Below are positions 8,017-17,355 of a DNA stretch of 54,764 bases, piece by piece (position 1 is the stretch's first letter; every line of letters begins with the position of its first letter). The stretch comes from Dongiaceae bacterium (GTDB taxonomy: Bacteria; Patescibacteriota; Saccharimonadia; Saccharimonadales; Saccharimonadaceae). Made by a program: the position numbers and the translations under genes. Below the pieces are notes generated by a model. The model was not told where the DNA came from and did no database searches. It was given only the letters and a program-made list of their open reading frames with translations. The stretch lies in contig DATMTU010000156.1 in NCBI GenBank assembly GCA_035564035.1, positions 1-54,764 of the forward strand, written 5' to 3'.

Positions 8017-10728
8017 ATGGCACTTACCTTGTCGCCTCATCCGAGGTTGCTACTTGATTCACAAACCCTGACAAGGATGCGTCAGGAGTACACGAACAAT
8101 ACGTCGCTCTGGCAATCTCTGAAAGCGTTCAATGATAGCCTTATGGGTGGTGTGACCTACCTCCCTAATGGACTGGAATACCCTGTTGGAAACAATAGCC
8201 CTGACATCGGTCAGGGCTATCAGGGTGAGTCGTATATTGAAGCGCTGATGAATCTAGCCATTGGCTATTGGGTGCTCAAGGACGTAGATCCTACTACCGC
8301 TAACAATTACGCCGTTCGTGCGGTAGACGTACTCGTCACAGCAGCAACACCATATCCAGGCAGTGGTCAGCCGCCGTTAACAGATGACGGATACGGTATC
8401 CGTAACTACGGTCTGACTTTCGGGTACGGATACGACTGGCTCTTTGATTTCTTAACAACAGATCAAAAGAACCAAGTCATCACTGCTTGCAACGCTTGGA
8501 TCGATGCTTTTGAGACAGGTACGTTTGAGTTCGAACACACTGTCACTAACTACTACGCTGCGTACTTTAACGCCAAAGTAGCAATGACACTAGCCACCTA
8601 CGATGAAAATTCGAAGGCGGCAACGTATTGGGACGATTGGTATAACAACCAACTTCTAACACGTGTTCAGCCATACTACGCCGTTAACCTCGTAGGCGGC
8701 GGCTGGCCTGAAGGTTTTGCTAACTACTCCTACCCGTCGATCATGGAGTTTAGTTTAGCCACCGTCGGTGTAAAGACAGCAACGGGTATTGATATCACCA
8801 CAGGGTCACAACCGTTTACCTATCCATTGGAAAACGGTGATTTCTACATGCACATGACATGGCCGTCACTGACCTACATGGAAGATCGTGATACCAACCA
8901 TGCAAACGGCAATGCCAGTCGACCACCTGGCGTTGCACTACCTAATGGCTACGCTACAGCAGGTTTACCACTGGATCGTTGGAACACTTCCAATTCGGCG
9001 GTGTTTCAGAGCTTCTCTGAAGCGGTCTCTAGCCAGCTAGCGGCTTACGGTTACAGTGCTGCAACGGCCAGTGAGTGGTACGGTATGCTGACGCGTCCTA
9101 TCACTGCAGGATCGGCAGATTACACTCAACTACCCCGATCGTATTTTGCTCCGGGTATGAACTGGGCGATGGCAAGATCGAGCTGGAAGACCGGTGCTCG
9201 GTATATGTCGCTTCGAGCTGGCCCGTTCATCGAAAACCCGAATCAAGGTGAGCAGCTGTTTGATCAGGGTGGTTTGTCACTCGCAAAAGGAAGCCGTCCG
9301 TTCCTAGCCAACACCTTCGGTAGGATGGTGCATGAACCGAATGGATCAGCGGATGAAAATCTCCTTTACAACGACATGTTCAGTACGCCGACGCCGGCTG
9401 ACCTGTACGATGGCAACAGGCAGATTTTCAACATTTTCTACGTTGCAGATTTTGCAACCGATGGTGTCACACCGCTGTACCGATTCGGACAGTCAAACAA
9501 CAATCGGGCGGGTGGATCACGGACAGCCACGGTCATGGAAGATGGTCAGACTTACGTCTATACAAAGTCGACGAATATCGAAGACCAATATTTCCAGTTT
9601 AACGGAAAGAATGCAATAGCTTCGTGGACACGCCATGTGTTATTCGTAAGGCCAAACCGTTTCTTAGTGTTTGATCAAACGACGGCAGGTGACGCAAGTT
9701 ACGACCAATGGTTAGCGTGGCATTTTCCTTCAGAACCCGTAGTCAACGGTACCAAACAGAGCATCACGTTCGATACCGTTTACCAGGGTACGATGACGCC
9801 GATTCTCCCTGAGTCGGTGACTACCAAGACGACGGCGCTTTACCCAGCCAGTACCACACCTAAGGTGTGGCAAGTACAAGTAAGGCAAGCCACCAAAACA
9901 TTGTCGACAAATTGGCTTACCTTGTTCGACATGGCGGATACGGCAGTTTCTGATACGACTGTACTCACGTCAGCGTCGAGTGCTGTGTTGGTGAGTAGCT
10001 CAGACGGTGCGACGGCAGTGATGTTTTCTGCAAGCACAGCAGGAGATACCTACCAACAACCTTCCGTGGATGCAGATCACTACGTTGCAGGGTTATCGCC
10101 TAACACAAACTACTCGGCGACGATCAGCGGTGGTAACATCACTGTTCAGCAAGGTAGCGGCTACACTTCTTCTGCAAACGGTGTGATTTCGTTTAGAGTG
10201 CAAGGTAACAGCACAGTAGCCACACCCGCTTACGTTGAAAATGACCCCGTAGACATCAACACCAACCCTGGCGGTAATTCAGGGGGTGGCACCGATACAG
10301 GAGGCAATGGAGAAATGGCTGGTATCATTCCACCGTGGTCGGTAGCCAACGGTAATACGTATCCGACTCAAGCGCAAGCTTTGGCTGAAGCTTGTGCATT
10401 AGCGGTCGAGTCACCCAACTCACCCGTCTTGGTAACGCAACCTTACCTTGATGTCACCTTCGTGACGGGTACAGGGTTTACTATCACCACGAACAATGTA
10501 CCCAATCCCGTCGTGGCGATACCCGTACCTATCGATCCGTCCATGCTCGGTAAGGAAGTCGTCATCAACGACAACCCGTATTGGTTAGTAGACGGTTTGG
10601 GTGGATTTGAGGAAGAGACGGATGCGTATAGCGAAGCATTCCAGCAAGCGCTATCGGTACCTGGTGTACCCGTCCGTATCCATCCGCCGAATACGACAGT
10701 AATCTTTCAATCCGCACCGTCAAAGTAA
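8017..10728 (+). CDS. Heparinase II/III-like polysaccharide lyase (probable depolymerase) with duplicated C-terminal module
   Basis: HPRLLL start, helical region with YDWL, NYY and GGWPEG..Y motifs, ARSSW and RHVLFVRPNRFLVFD beta-domain motifs. Confidence 0.7.
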   Translation: MALTLSPHPRLLLDSQTLTRMRQEYTNNTSLWQSLKAFNDSLMGGVTYLPNGLEYPVGNNSPDIGQGYQGESYIEALMNLAIGYWVLKDVDPTTANNYAVRAVDVLVTAATPYPGSGQPPLTDDGYGIRNYGLTFGYGYDWLFDFLTTDQKNQVITACNAWIDAFETGTFEFEHTVTNYYAAYFNAKVAMTLATYDENSKAATYWDDWYNNQLLTRVQPYYAVNLVGGGWPEGFANYSYPSIMEFSLATVGVKTATGIDITTGSQPFTYPLENGDFYMHMTWPSLTYMEDRDTNHANGNASRPPGVALPNGYATAGLPLDRWNTSNSAVFQSFSEAVSSQLAAYGYSAATASEWYGMLTRPITAGSADYTQLPRSYFAPGMNWAMARSSWKTGARYMSLRAGPFIENPNQGEQLFDQGGLSLAKGSRPFLANTFGRMVHEPNGSADENLLYNDMFSTPTPADLYDGNRQIFNIFYVADFATDGVTPLYRFGQSNNNRAGGSRTATVMEDGQTYVYTKSTNIEDQYFQFNGKNAIASWTRHVLFVRPNRFLVFDQTTAGDASYDQWLAWHFPSEPVVNGTKQSITFDTVYQGTMTPILPESVTTKTTALYPASTTPKVWQVQVRQATKTLSTNWLTLFDMADTAVSDTTVLTSASSAVLVSSSDGATAVMFSASTAGDTYQQPSVDADHYVAGLSPNTNYSATISGGNITVQQGSGYTSSANGVISFRVQGNSTVATPAYVENDPVDINTNPGGNSGGGTDTGGNGEMAGIIPPWSVANGNTYPTQAQALAEACALAVESPNSPVLVTQPYLDVTFVTGTGFTITTNNVPNPVVAIPVPIDPSMLGKEVVINDNPYWLVDGLGGFEEETDAYSEAFQQALSVPGVPVRIHPPNTTVIFQSAPSK

Positions 10729-10747
10729 CACTTGGCGGACATAAAAC

Positions 10748-10780
10748 AAAACACACCACCATGACGGTGGTGTGTTTTTA
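10748..10780 (+). terminator. Intrinsic terminator ending the fibre operon
   Basis: AAAACACACCACC/GGTGGTGTGTTTT stem with T tract. Confidence 0.75.
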
Positions 10781-10807
10781 TGCCCATAAATAAATCCGGT
10801 TGACCCC

Positions 10808-10815
10808 TACATCAT
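10808..10815 (+). promoter_or_regulatory. Probable phiKZ-type early promoter variant (TACATCAT)
   Basis: Variant of TATATTAC, intergenic directly after a terminator, followed by N5-TGA as at 19298. Confidence 0.45.
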
Positions 10816-10845
10816 GAAACTGAAGCTTGTTCTGGAGAAAATAGC

Positions 10846-11142
10846 ATGTCGATAGTAGTCAACCGTCTGTACTTGAAATCGCCGTGGCGAAGGTTTGTCA
10901 ATCGTGTCTTCTCTCGGAGGATTTCCAGACATCCGCTACCCGTGAAGAGTGTTAAAATCAACGCCCCTTTCGTTAACAACGAATGTCATATACCCGAATA
11001 CGGTGTGCATTTGTTTCTTAACGCCGAAAAAGGGTTAGTGTCGTCGCGCGCTGATGCGCGATGTAAGGTTGTTGCCTACGATCTGGAATACAAACACACT
11101 GTATCTAACAGGAACTGTCATGGCCGACCGAGAAAGCATTAA
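10846..11142 (+). CDS. Hypothetical protein
   Basis: GGAG RBS, 98-aa ORF. Confidence 0.6.
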   Translation: MSIVVNRLYLKSPWRRFVNRVFSRRISRHPLPVKSVKINAPFVNNECHIPEYGVHLFLNAEKGLVSSRADARCKVVAYDLEYKHTVSNRNCHGRPRKH

Positions 11143-11743
11143 CACCGAGATCGAGCGTATCTTTGCAGAGGTTCGTTCGGGCGAGCATGTGAAAATGTTC
11201 TTTAAGGGGATTCCGTCACCGCCACTACGTGGGCAACGAGATGGACTCAAAAAGATCACCTTAGGTCGGGACGAAGCTAATTTTTCGCGATACGCGTTTC
11301 CTGATCTCAAAGTAGAGAAAAAGAAGCTGGCTCCGGATCTGACACTTCACAACAGTTACATCGACAAAACGTCGAAGTGTAATGGCGGTCGGGTCGATGT
11401 ATATGCGCTTAAGACTCAGTCGGGGCGTACTGTCTACTTCGAAGTTCAAAAGCATGGTAGGGGAGATGTACATACAGAGCGGTTCCTCTACAAAACGGAG
11501 ATCGACAGCTTTTTGCAGTGGTATGCTATCTCTAGGGTCATGGACAAAACACCCTTCATGGCTTATCACGATAGTTTGGTTTCTCTACTCAATCGTCAAC
11601 TTGTTGAGTTAGAGCTAGCTAATTTGCACACGATGGAGCAGAATGAACGTATCTTGGGTCAACGTTATACACCCCATACGGTCGCACTCACTACCATCAA
11701 CGGGTTTAAGTTCACACTGTATTTCTGGGAGGTAAAACCGTGA
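11120..11743 (+). CDS. Hypothetical protein
   Basis: ORF; ATG 11120 preceded by AGGA preferred over 11054. Confidence 0.65.
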   Translation: MADRESINTEIERIFAEVRSGEHVKMFFKGIPSPPLRGQRDGLKKITLGRDEANFSRYAFPDLKVEKKKLAPDLTLHNSYIDKTSKCNGGRVDVYALKTQSGRTVYFEVQKHGRGDVHTERFLYKTEIDSFLQWYAISRVMDKTPFMAYHDSLVSLLNRQLVELELANLHTMEQNERILGQRYTPHTVALTTINGFKFTLYFWEVKP

Positions 11744-12003
11744 GACCAGTAGAGATTAACCGTGGTGTATTCATCGTAGGTTTGATGCTGATGGGTATCT
11801 CTCTTTTTATGGCAGGCTACACGCTCATCACCAGCCCTCCAGCGCCGCCCGTACAAATCGATACCGGCGTAGCACAAGCTGTCTTTGATAGCTGCATGAA
11901 GACAGCGCCTGTCGTAAAGGGTGCTTTAGACCCGTCAGGCGACTACACCGCGATCGTCGAGCAATGCACAGCGACTTCTCGTAAGCTCGCTCAGAAGAAC
12001 TAA
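11740..12003 (+). CDS. Small membrane-anchored protein
   Basis: GGAGG RBS, N-terminal hydrophobic helix, two Cys. Confidence 0.7.
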   Translation: MRPVEINRGVFIVGLMLMGISLFMAGYTLITSPPAPPVQIDTGVAQAVFDSCMKTAPVVKGALDPSGDYTAIVEQCTATSRKLAQKN

Positions 12004-12035
12004 TAACTACAGCCACCACTACCCCGGATAAGAAC

Positions 12036-13043
12036 ATGACAACGCTCGTTTGGAATGGTAAGATGCTCGCTGCTGACTCGCGACGTGTCCATGGAAACCA
12101 TCATGATGACACCATCAGCAAAATCATTCGTGTTGACAACACCATGTACAAAGATGAGAAAATTCTTCTCATGGCAGGTTGTGGTACTGTGCGTATTTTC
12201 GATGCATTCTACGGGATCTTCTTGAAGGATCCTGAGAACTTCAGCATCTACTACAAACACGCTTCACGAACAGGATTGACGGAGAGATCCAGTCGTTTAA
12301 GCGCTACAGTACTCATCATTACCGACAAGAGCACATACACGTGCCGGATTACGAGTGATTCCATTCCCGATCTGGTTCGTTGGTCTGTAAACCCCGATCA
12401 ACCGTTGATTATGGGTTCCGGTGCAAAGCACGCTGAGGCACTAGTAAAACTCTTCAACGTATCACCTGAAATGGCTGTCGCTGGCGCAAGCATCATCGAT
12501 CTTCAGGGTGGTACGGGTGGTACCGTGAATTTCGTTGAGGTTGACATGGGTGCGGTGGTCTACGAAGGCTCCGTCACCTTCCGGTCAACGAATGCCGTGA
12601 TGGATGCACTGAAAAATCACATGAGATCGGAGAATGCTCGCTACTTGGGCGGCGATATTTCCATGATCACGCGTACCATCAAAGGTAAAAAGAAAGAAGT
12701 TACTAAGGAAGCAGACTCTGCTGCACCCATGGAAACTCCTTCGTGCATCGCACCCAACCATCTCGTGCTCATGAACGACGGATCGCATAAACGCGTTTGT
12801 GATCTCGTTAAGGGTGACGTGTTGGCATGGTCAGCAACACCCTTGGCTCCTCGTGTAGAACTCCCCAGTAAGCCGAGAAGTGAGAGTCTGTTAAAGGCGT
12901 ATCCTGGCAGCAAACCGACCACACTTGTCGAACTGACTGATGGTACAGTCAAAGCTATCCGGGATCTGAAAGAAGGGGATTGCATCAGGTATGTCGACGT
13001 AAAGAAACCCAGGTCGTCGACTCGCAAGAAAACCAAGAAATAA
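12036..13043 (+). CDS. HslV/proteasome-beta-like Ntn-hydrolase with two C-terminal Hint-like N-lobe fragments
   Basis: N-terminal MTT..., LAADSR, MAGCG, GSGA and TGG motifs; tail contains CIAPNHLVLMNDGSHKRVCDLVKGD and LVELTDGTVKAIRDLKEGD. Confidence 0.75.
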   Translation: MTTLVWNGKMLAADSRRVHGNHHDDTISKIIRVDNTMYKDEKILLMAGCGTVRIFDAFYGIFLKDPENFSIYYKHASRTGLTERSSRLSATVLIITDKSTYTCRITSDSIPDLVRWSVNPDQPLIMGSGAKHAEALVKLFNVSPEMAVAGASIIDLQGGTGGTVNFVEVDMGAVVYEGSVTFRSTNAVMDALKNHMRSENARYLGGDISMITRTIKGKKKEVTKEADSAAPMETPSCIAPNHLVLMNDGSHKRVCDLVKGDVLAWSATPLAPRVELPSKPRSESLLKAYPGSKPTTLVELTDGTVKAIRDLKEGDCIRYVDVKKPRSSTRKKTKK

Positions 13044-13084
13044 CACCACTTAACCCCGGAGAATATCATGGCAGGCCTCGTAGC

Positions 13085-13540
13085 ATGATACCGCCTATTT
13101 ACATCGGATCGGGCAGCAAGCACGAACTCGCCAGGCTTTGCCTGGCGAATCGCCTTTATACCCCTGGCGGCTACATGAAGTACCAGTACGAAAGGATGGC
13201 TGAAGACAAAGAATTTGCCCGTCACAGGCGACTGATCGTTCTGCACTACCATGATGTTCTAGCCGGTGCCATTCTTGGTTCCGGTAAGTACATCATGGTG
13301 TTCGTTTCACCTAAGTGGCGGCGTTGTGGCGTAGGTACAGCACTCATCAACAGCTACGTCAAGAAGTATCGTGTCAAACGGTCAGAACTTGAAGCACTTA
13401 CAGGTACGAAAGGATCCGGCGCAATGTACTTTGCGAATGGCGTAAGACGTGCCAGTTCGGTACTTGCTTTCGTTGAAGCTTTCGGATTTCGAGTAACTAT
13501 ACCTCTCAAACACCAACCTAAACGAGGGCGTGCAGCATGA
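13085..13540 (+). CDS. GNAT-family acetyltransferase
   Basis: Acetyl-CoA binding motif A: VFVSPKWRRCGVGTALI. Confidence 0.75.
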   Translation: MIPPIYIGSGSKHELARLCLANRLYTPGGYMKYQYERMAEDKEFARHRRLIVLHYHDVLAGAILGSGKYIMVFVSPKWRRCGVGTALINSYVKKYRVKRSELEALTGTKGSGAMYFANGVRRASSVLAFVEAFGFRVTIPLKHQPKRGRAA

Positions 13541-14001
13541 ACATCGATCCCGTCAAAGAAGGTGAGTCGCCGTTTGTCCACCCCATCGATGACCGGGGTC
13601 AATGGGGTGAGATCTTCGAACCGCTATTCAGCGCACTCAACAGCGATTGCTACGGGAAGCATTTCGAGAATGATGTTTTCGAGATGCACCCGTATTGTTG
13701 GTGCGACAAAGACGATTGTCCACAGTGCGGTCAGATCGAGACTCAGGCGAACTTCCTGCATAAACCCACCGGACTGGCCGTCCGGTGGTATAAGTACGCC
13801 TTCAGGGCTACTGAAACAAACTGCAAGGATATTCGTCCTGCGGATCTTCGTAAGATCGTACAGGAGTGCATAGATAGTCTGGACGGTGTTGTCGTGGGTA
13901 ATCCGACAAACACACGGAAGATAACCGACATCATTCAACCGGAGATCTTAGCGAAAGTTAAGCGTAACGGTTTCTATGGCTCTAAAGGTAAAAAATCATG
14001 A
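13537..14001 (+). CDS. Hypothetical protein (Cys cluster CWC..CPQC)
   Basis: ATGA overlap with the upstream gene. Confidence 0.7.
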   Translation: MNIDPVKEGESPFVHPIDDRGQWGEIFEPLFSALNSDCYGKHFENDVFEMHPYCWCDKDDCPQCGQIETQANFLHKPTGLAVRWYKYAFRATETNCKDIRPADLRKIVQECIDSLDGVVVGNPTNTRKITDIIQPEILAKVKRNGFYGSKGKKS

Positions 14002-14468
14002 GCGAACCCAATTTCAATCCAAGCTACGATGTCAACCTTCAGGTTAGGCAACCCTACTTCAAGAGTACGGATGTGGGTCTCTCCGAGAAGACTGGTCGTG
14101 TAGCAGTAAAGCCGGAACTCAAGCCGTTCTTTGAGACGCCGTACTTCCAGCGCCAAAAAGTGAGAGCTAGACTTTTTGAGAGCGTCTTTAAGGACTGGTT
14201 TCTGGATGTCCGTTGCAAACACGTTTCGGTTGGTAGTCGTGAGCACGTAATGCTCACTTTTGACCGCATACAAGTGCGGTCAAAAATGTTCGGGGTTACC
14301 ATCAAGAAGCGCCAATGGAAGAACTTCATCAAGCTGATGAAGGGTGGTTACGGTAGGCCGATGAACATCGAAGAGAAACACGCCTACGCCCACAAACTGA
14401 CTCGTCGTGGTTACAGCATGACGACGGTTGTCACGGCCCTTAACGCATGCAAGGCATTGCGGACATGA
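13998..14468 (+). CDS. Hypothetical protein
   Basis: ATGA overlap with the upstream gene. Confidence 0.65.
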   Translation: MSEPNFNPSYDVNLQVRQPYFKSTDVGLSEKTGRVAVKPELKPFFETPYFQRQKVRARLFESVFKDWFLDVRCKHVSVGSREHVMLTFDRIQVRSKMFGVTIKKRQWKNFIKLMKGGYGRPMNIEEKHAYAHKLTRRGYSMTTVVTALNACKALRT

Positions 14469-15409
14469 ACCATTACCAGTGGCTTGAAGAACACTTCCTT
14501 CCCTTCTACCAGAAGGTATGTGAAGCCAACAACGTGATCCCTCACCCGGATGTCAATGAAGGGATCATCACTGCACATGGTGACAAATGCTACCAGTATA
14601 AGAAGGAATGGGAGGCTCAAGGAATTCATTTCTTTCACGGTGCTGCCTGTTATCTTCTTACCTTCATGTTTCCTTGGGGTAATGAAGTACGTGATCAGCC
14701 CGACGGGTTTGTTAAACCGGCGCAATGGGTCATCGATAATTACGATGAACGGTTCCGCCAGCACTTGCCGATGATCAACCCGGTGAAGCTCGATTACTCG
14801 TTCAAGTCGCCGATCGCAAAGCGCAATCTCTTGGTTCGTCTGGAACCTTTAGAACTGCGCCCCGTAGGAAACTGGGTGACCGATAAGGGAATGCCGGCGC
14901 ATTCTATCAGAAATGTTTATACTTTCTACGCCAAGTACGAAGGACGGACTATTCGGTGCACGATGGTGGAGGATACTTACGATGATCACGGTGCAACATA
15001 TCGTGCAGGGTCGTACTCACCGCGCTTCTTAGACGTCGTCACCAATGAAAGTGTAAACGTTAAAGATGGCGATTACATCGAGCTCATCGATACACCAAGC
15101 CAAATGGAACTCGACGCATTGAAAGAATCTGGTAGACGTACGAAGCGTGTCCAGTGGAAGGTTCTTGACTATCCAATCGGTCAGTGGGTCGATCAGAATG
15201 GTAACCCCAGTGTCGAGTTAGATGGTAAACGTTTCTTCAAAGCACGCCACAATGGACAAGAGATTGCATGCACGATGACCTTCATTCACACTCGTGTTGG
15301 CATGACACCGGATGAACCGTCAAGACAAGGCTATATCCCAGAATTCTTCAATGTAGCTACTGGCGCAGCATGCACTATCAAAGATGGAGATTTCATCGAA
15401 CTCGTGTAG
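14465..15409 (+). CDS. Hypothetical protein with internally duplicated C-terminal domain
   Basis: ATGA overlap; PVGNWV...AKYEGRTIRCTM...VKDGDYIEL repeated as PIGQWV...ARHNGQEIACTM...IKDGDFIEL. Confidence 0.7.
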   Translation: MNHYQWLEEHFLPFYQKVCEANNVIPHPDVNEGIITAHGDKCYQYKKEWEAQGIHFFHGAACYLLTFMFPWGNEVRDQPDGFVKPAQWVIDNYDERFRQHLPMINPVKLDYSFKSPIAKRNLLVRLEPLELRPVGNWVTDKGMPAHSIRNVYTFYAKYEGRTIRCTMVEDTYDDHGATYRAGSYSPRFLDVVTNESVNVKDGDYIELIDTPSQMELDALKESGRRTKRVQWKVLDYPIGQWVDQNGNPSVELDGKRFFKARHNGQEIACTMTFIHTRVGMTPDEPSRQGYIPEFFNVATGAACTIKDGDFIELV

Positions 15410-15421
15410 GAGAGAATTTCC

Positions 15422-15742
15422 ATGTCAGTTGAATGCGTCCCCAAAAAGCTGTGGGTAGATGATGTAAGGGTGCCACCTGAGCCAGCTTCAGAATGGCTGT
15501 GGATGAAGAACTATCTTGATGCCGCCAACGCACTGGAGGCGTACGATTTCGATATCGTGTCGTTAGACCACGACCTCGGTGATGATAGCCTAAATGGTTA
15601 TCACCTTGCGTGCTTGATAGAGCTTCGCGCCAGTCGTGGCGAGCGCGTACCCGACGACATCCGTGTCCACAGCGCCAATCCCGTCGGTCGTAAAAACATC
15701 GAACTGTGCATCGAAGCCATCCAGCGTTTTAAAAATAGTTGA
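15422..15742 (+). CDS. Cyclic-phosphate-processing receiver-domain protein
   Basis: LWVDDVRxPP, SLDHDLG, GY and VHSANPVG motifs; GGAG RBS. Confidence 0.8.
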   Translation: MSVECVPKKLWVDDVRVPPEPASEWLWMKNYLDAANALEAYDFDIVSLDHDLGDDSLNGYHLACLIELRASRGERVPDDIRVHSANPVGRKNIELCIEAIQRFKNS

Positions 15743-15795
15743 GATGCATATCACCACCTTGTACCGTTAGTTGAAAAGCTAAGCGGTGAACGTGT

Positions 15796-16014
15796 TCTTC
15801 TGTCGGAACAGTCGGAAACTAAAGGGAGTTGATCGCCCCGTATCTCGATTCAAAGGCCCTTATGAAGCCGGGGGTAATATCCGTAAATCCCACCCGGTCG
15901 AACAAGGTAGCCTAGAGGTACTCTTTAAGGCGCGAAGGTGAGTGCGGTCGTCCCCGACGGAGTAGCGGATACGCACGTAAGCCTTGTGGTGCAATCCCAC
16001 ATTCCGACAGAAGA
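15796..16014 (+). ncRNA. Structured RNA with 13-bp terminal stem and T-arm-like hairpin
   Basis: TCTTCTGTCGGAA (15796-15808) is the exact reverse complement of 16002-16014; TGTGG-TGCAATC-CCACA 5-bp stem/7-nt loop directly precedes the 3' strand; no credible + strand ORF. Confidence 0.55.
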
Positions 16015-16036
16015 CCTTTTCAGGAGGTGATTAATC

Positions 16037-16294
16037 ATGCCAGAAGCATCTGTACTACCTAAACTTCTTTTACCCAATATGACGGCTTCAGCGTGGCTCT
16101 TCCCGATGCTTAAGGGTATCTGGAACCATGACGAAGGTAAACCTGCCAGCGGGTCGGCGGTTCGTCGCTGGGTGGCTGAAGGAAAGGTGAAAGTCAATGG
16201 GGAGAATGTCAGCCCGCAGGAGCTGATCGATTTTCCTGTGTACTCTGTGGTTCTAAACCCCAAGTCAGAGAAGAGACGGGTAACGCTCTTCTAG
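16037..16294 (+). CDS. Stand-alone S4-type RNA-binding protein
   Basis: SGSAVRRWVAEGKVKVNGE fits the S4 consensus; AGGAGG RBS. Confidence 0.75.
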   Translation: MPEASVLPKLLLPNMTASAWLFPMLKGIWNHDEGKPASGSAVRRWVAEGKVKVNGENVSPQELIDFPVYSVVLNPKSEKRRVTLF

Positions 16295-16305
16295 CGAGGT
16301 AGTAC

Positions 16306-16500
16306 ATGCTGTTTGATGATCTTGATGACGAAACCCGAAGCAAGACCATCAAGTGGATAGAGGACTCCTTGTTTGCTGCCCACTTGTACGGAAGCCAATA
16401 CTTCCATGATGTATCACCGACCATCACCGGCTTCTCGGAATCCTTGATGACAGGGCCGAAGCAGTTCAAAGTCCATATCCCTCAGGGATTCCTTAAGTAA
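16306..16500 (+). CDS. Small hypothetical protein
   Basis: GAGG RBS, 64 aa. Confidence 0.5.
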   Translation: MLFDDLDDETRSKTIKWIEDSLFAAHLYGSQYFHDVSPTITGFSESLMTGPKQFKVHIPQGFLK

Positions 16501-16519
16501 AACTTCACCGTTGTGATAA

Positions 16520-17245
16520 CGGTATGTAACATTACAGTCTCGTTGGTAACTTCCTGTGAATCCGACCGCAAGGTAGGTAGGGGAGGCTGAGATAGGTGTC
16601 ATGTAAGCGGTATGGCGTCGTAGCCATATGCCTCTAGAGACACCGAGGTTTGTGATTTGGGTGGAGGAGCCTATTGACTCCAGTGAAGCTCGATGAACAA
16701 TCATCTCTCCGTATCCAGTAAGCGGAACTTTTCAGCCAGGACGATCCAATTCGCCTTGGCTAGAAACGCTCTCCACGGGCGTTTTAAAACCGGGTAGTCG
16801 TGGAGTAACCGGAAAACAAGCAGGCTCCGGGTTGGGAGACGGTCAAGCTCCAAAGGCCCCGTCATGTGACCCAATGCCCTCAGTAATGAGGATCGCGTAG
16901 TGCGGCCTGTTGTAAAATCAACGACCACTGTAGCCAGTGATTGCAACACACCTGCAAGGTTTGGAAGCTTGGTGAAGTAGCGCTCACCGTAGTGACAAGC
17001 AGGCAAAACCTCAGTCCGGAGGTCGATAGAAGGCCCAGCGCATGGGAGATATGAAGCTAGCCGGATGGTCCAGAGGAATAAGACGGAGAAGGATATCGTC
17101 AGTCGGAAGTAGCGTCCCGACCGTTGGTTTTACAAACCACCCCAGAAACTTTTGGTGGATAATGGGGTACGCGGCTTTATAGAACGAGTGGGTATTGATA
17201 GGTCTGAGTTACTCTCTTAGTCGTGTGAGCAGATCGTTGATACCG
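16520..17245 (+). ncRNA. Large structured non-coding RNA (ROOL/GOLLD-class candidate)
   Basis: ~725 nt with no + strand ORF in the track; nested long-range helices 16520-30/17236-45, 16647-55/17130-38, 16706-12/17083-89; many local hairpins; abuts tRNA-Leu. Confidence 0.6.
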
Positions 17246-17263
17246 AAACCATTTTTGAATTCC

Positions 17264-17355
17264 GTGCCGGTGGCGAAGTTGGTTGAAACGCAACGCACTT
17301 AAAATGCGTCACTGATAAGTTCACACCGTGGGTTCGACCCCCACCCGGCATACCA
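17264..17355 (+). tRNA. tRNA-Leu(UAA)
   Basis: Acceptor GTGCCGG/CCGGCAT + ACCA, anticodon arm ACGCA-CTTAAAA-TGCGT, long variable region, GTGGG-TTCGACC-CCCAC T-arm. Confidence 0.93.

Noticed and set aside
16520..17245. RNase P RNA or group I/II intron interpretation
   Set aside because: No GAGGAAAGUCC P4 signature, no group II domain V or group I core recognised, and no interrupted gene
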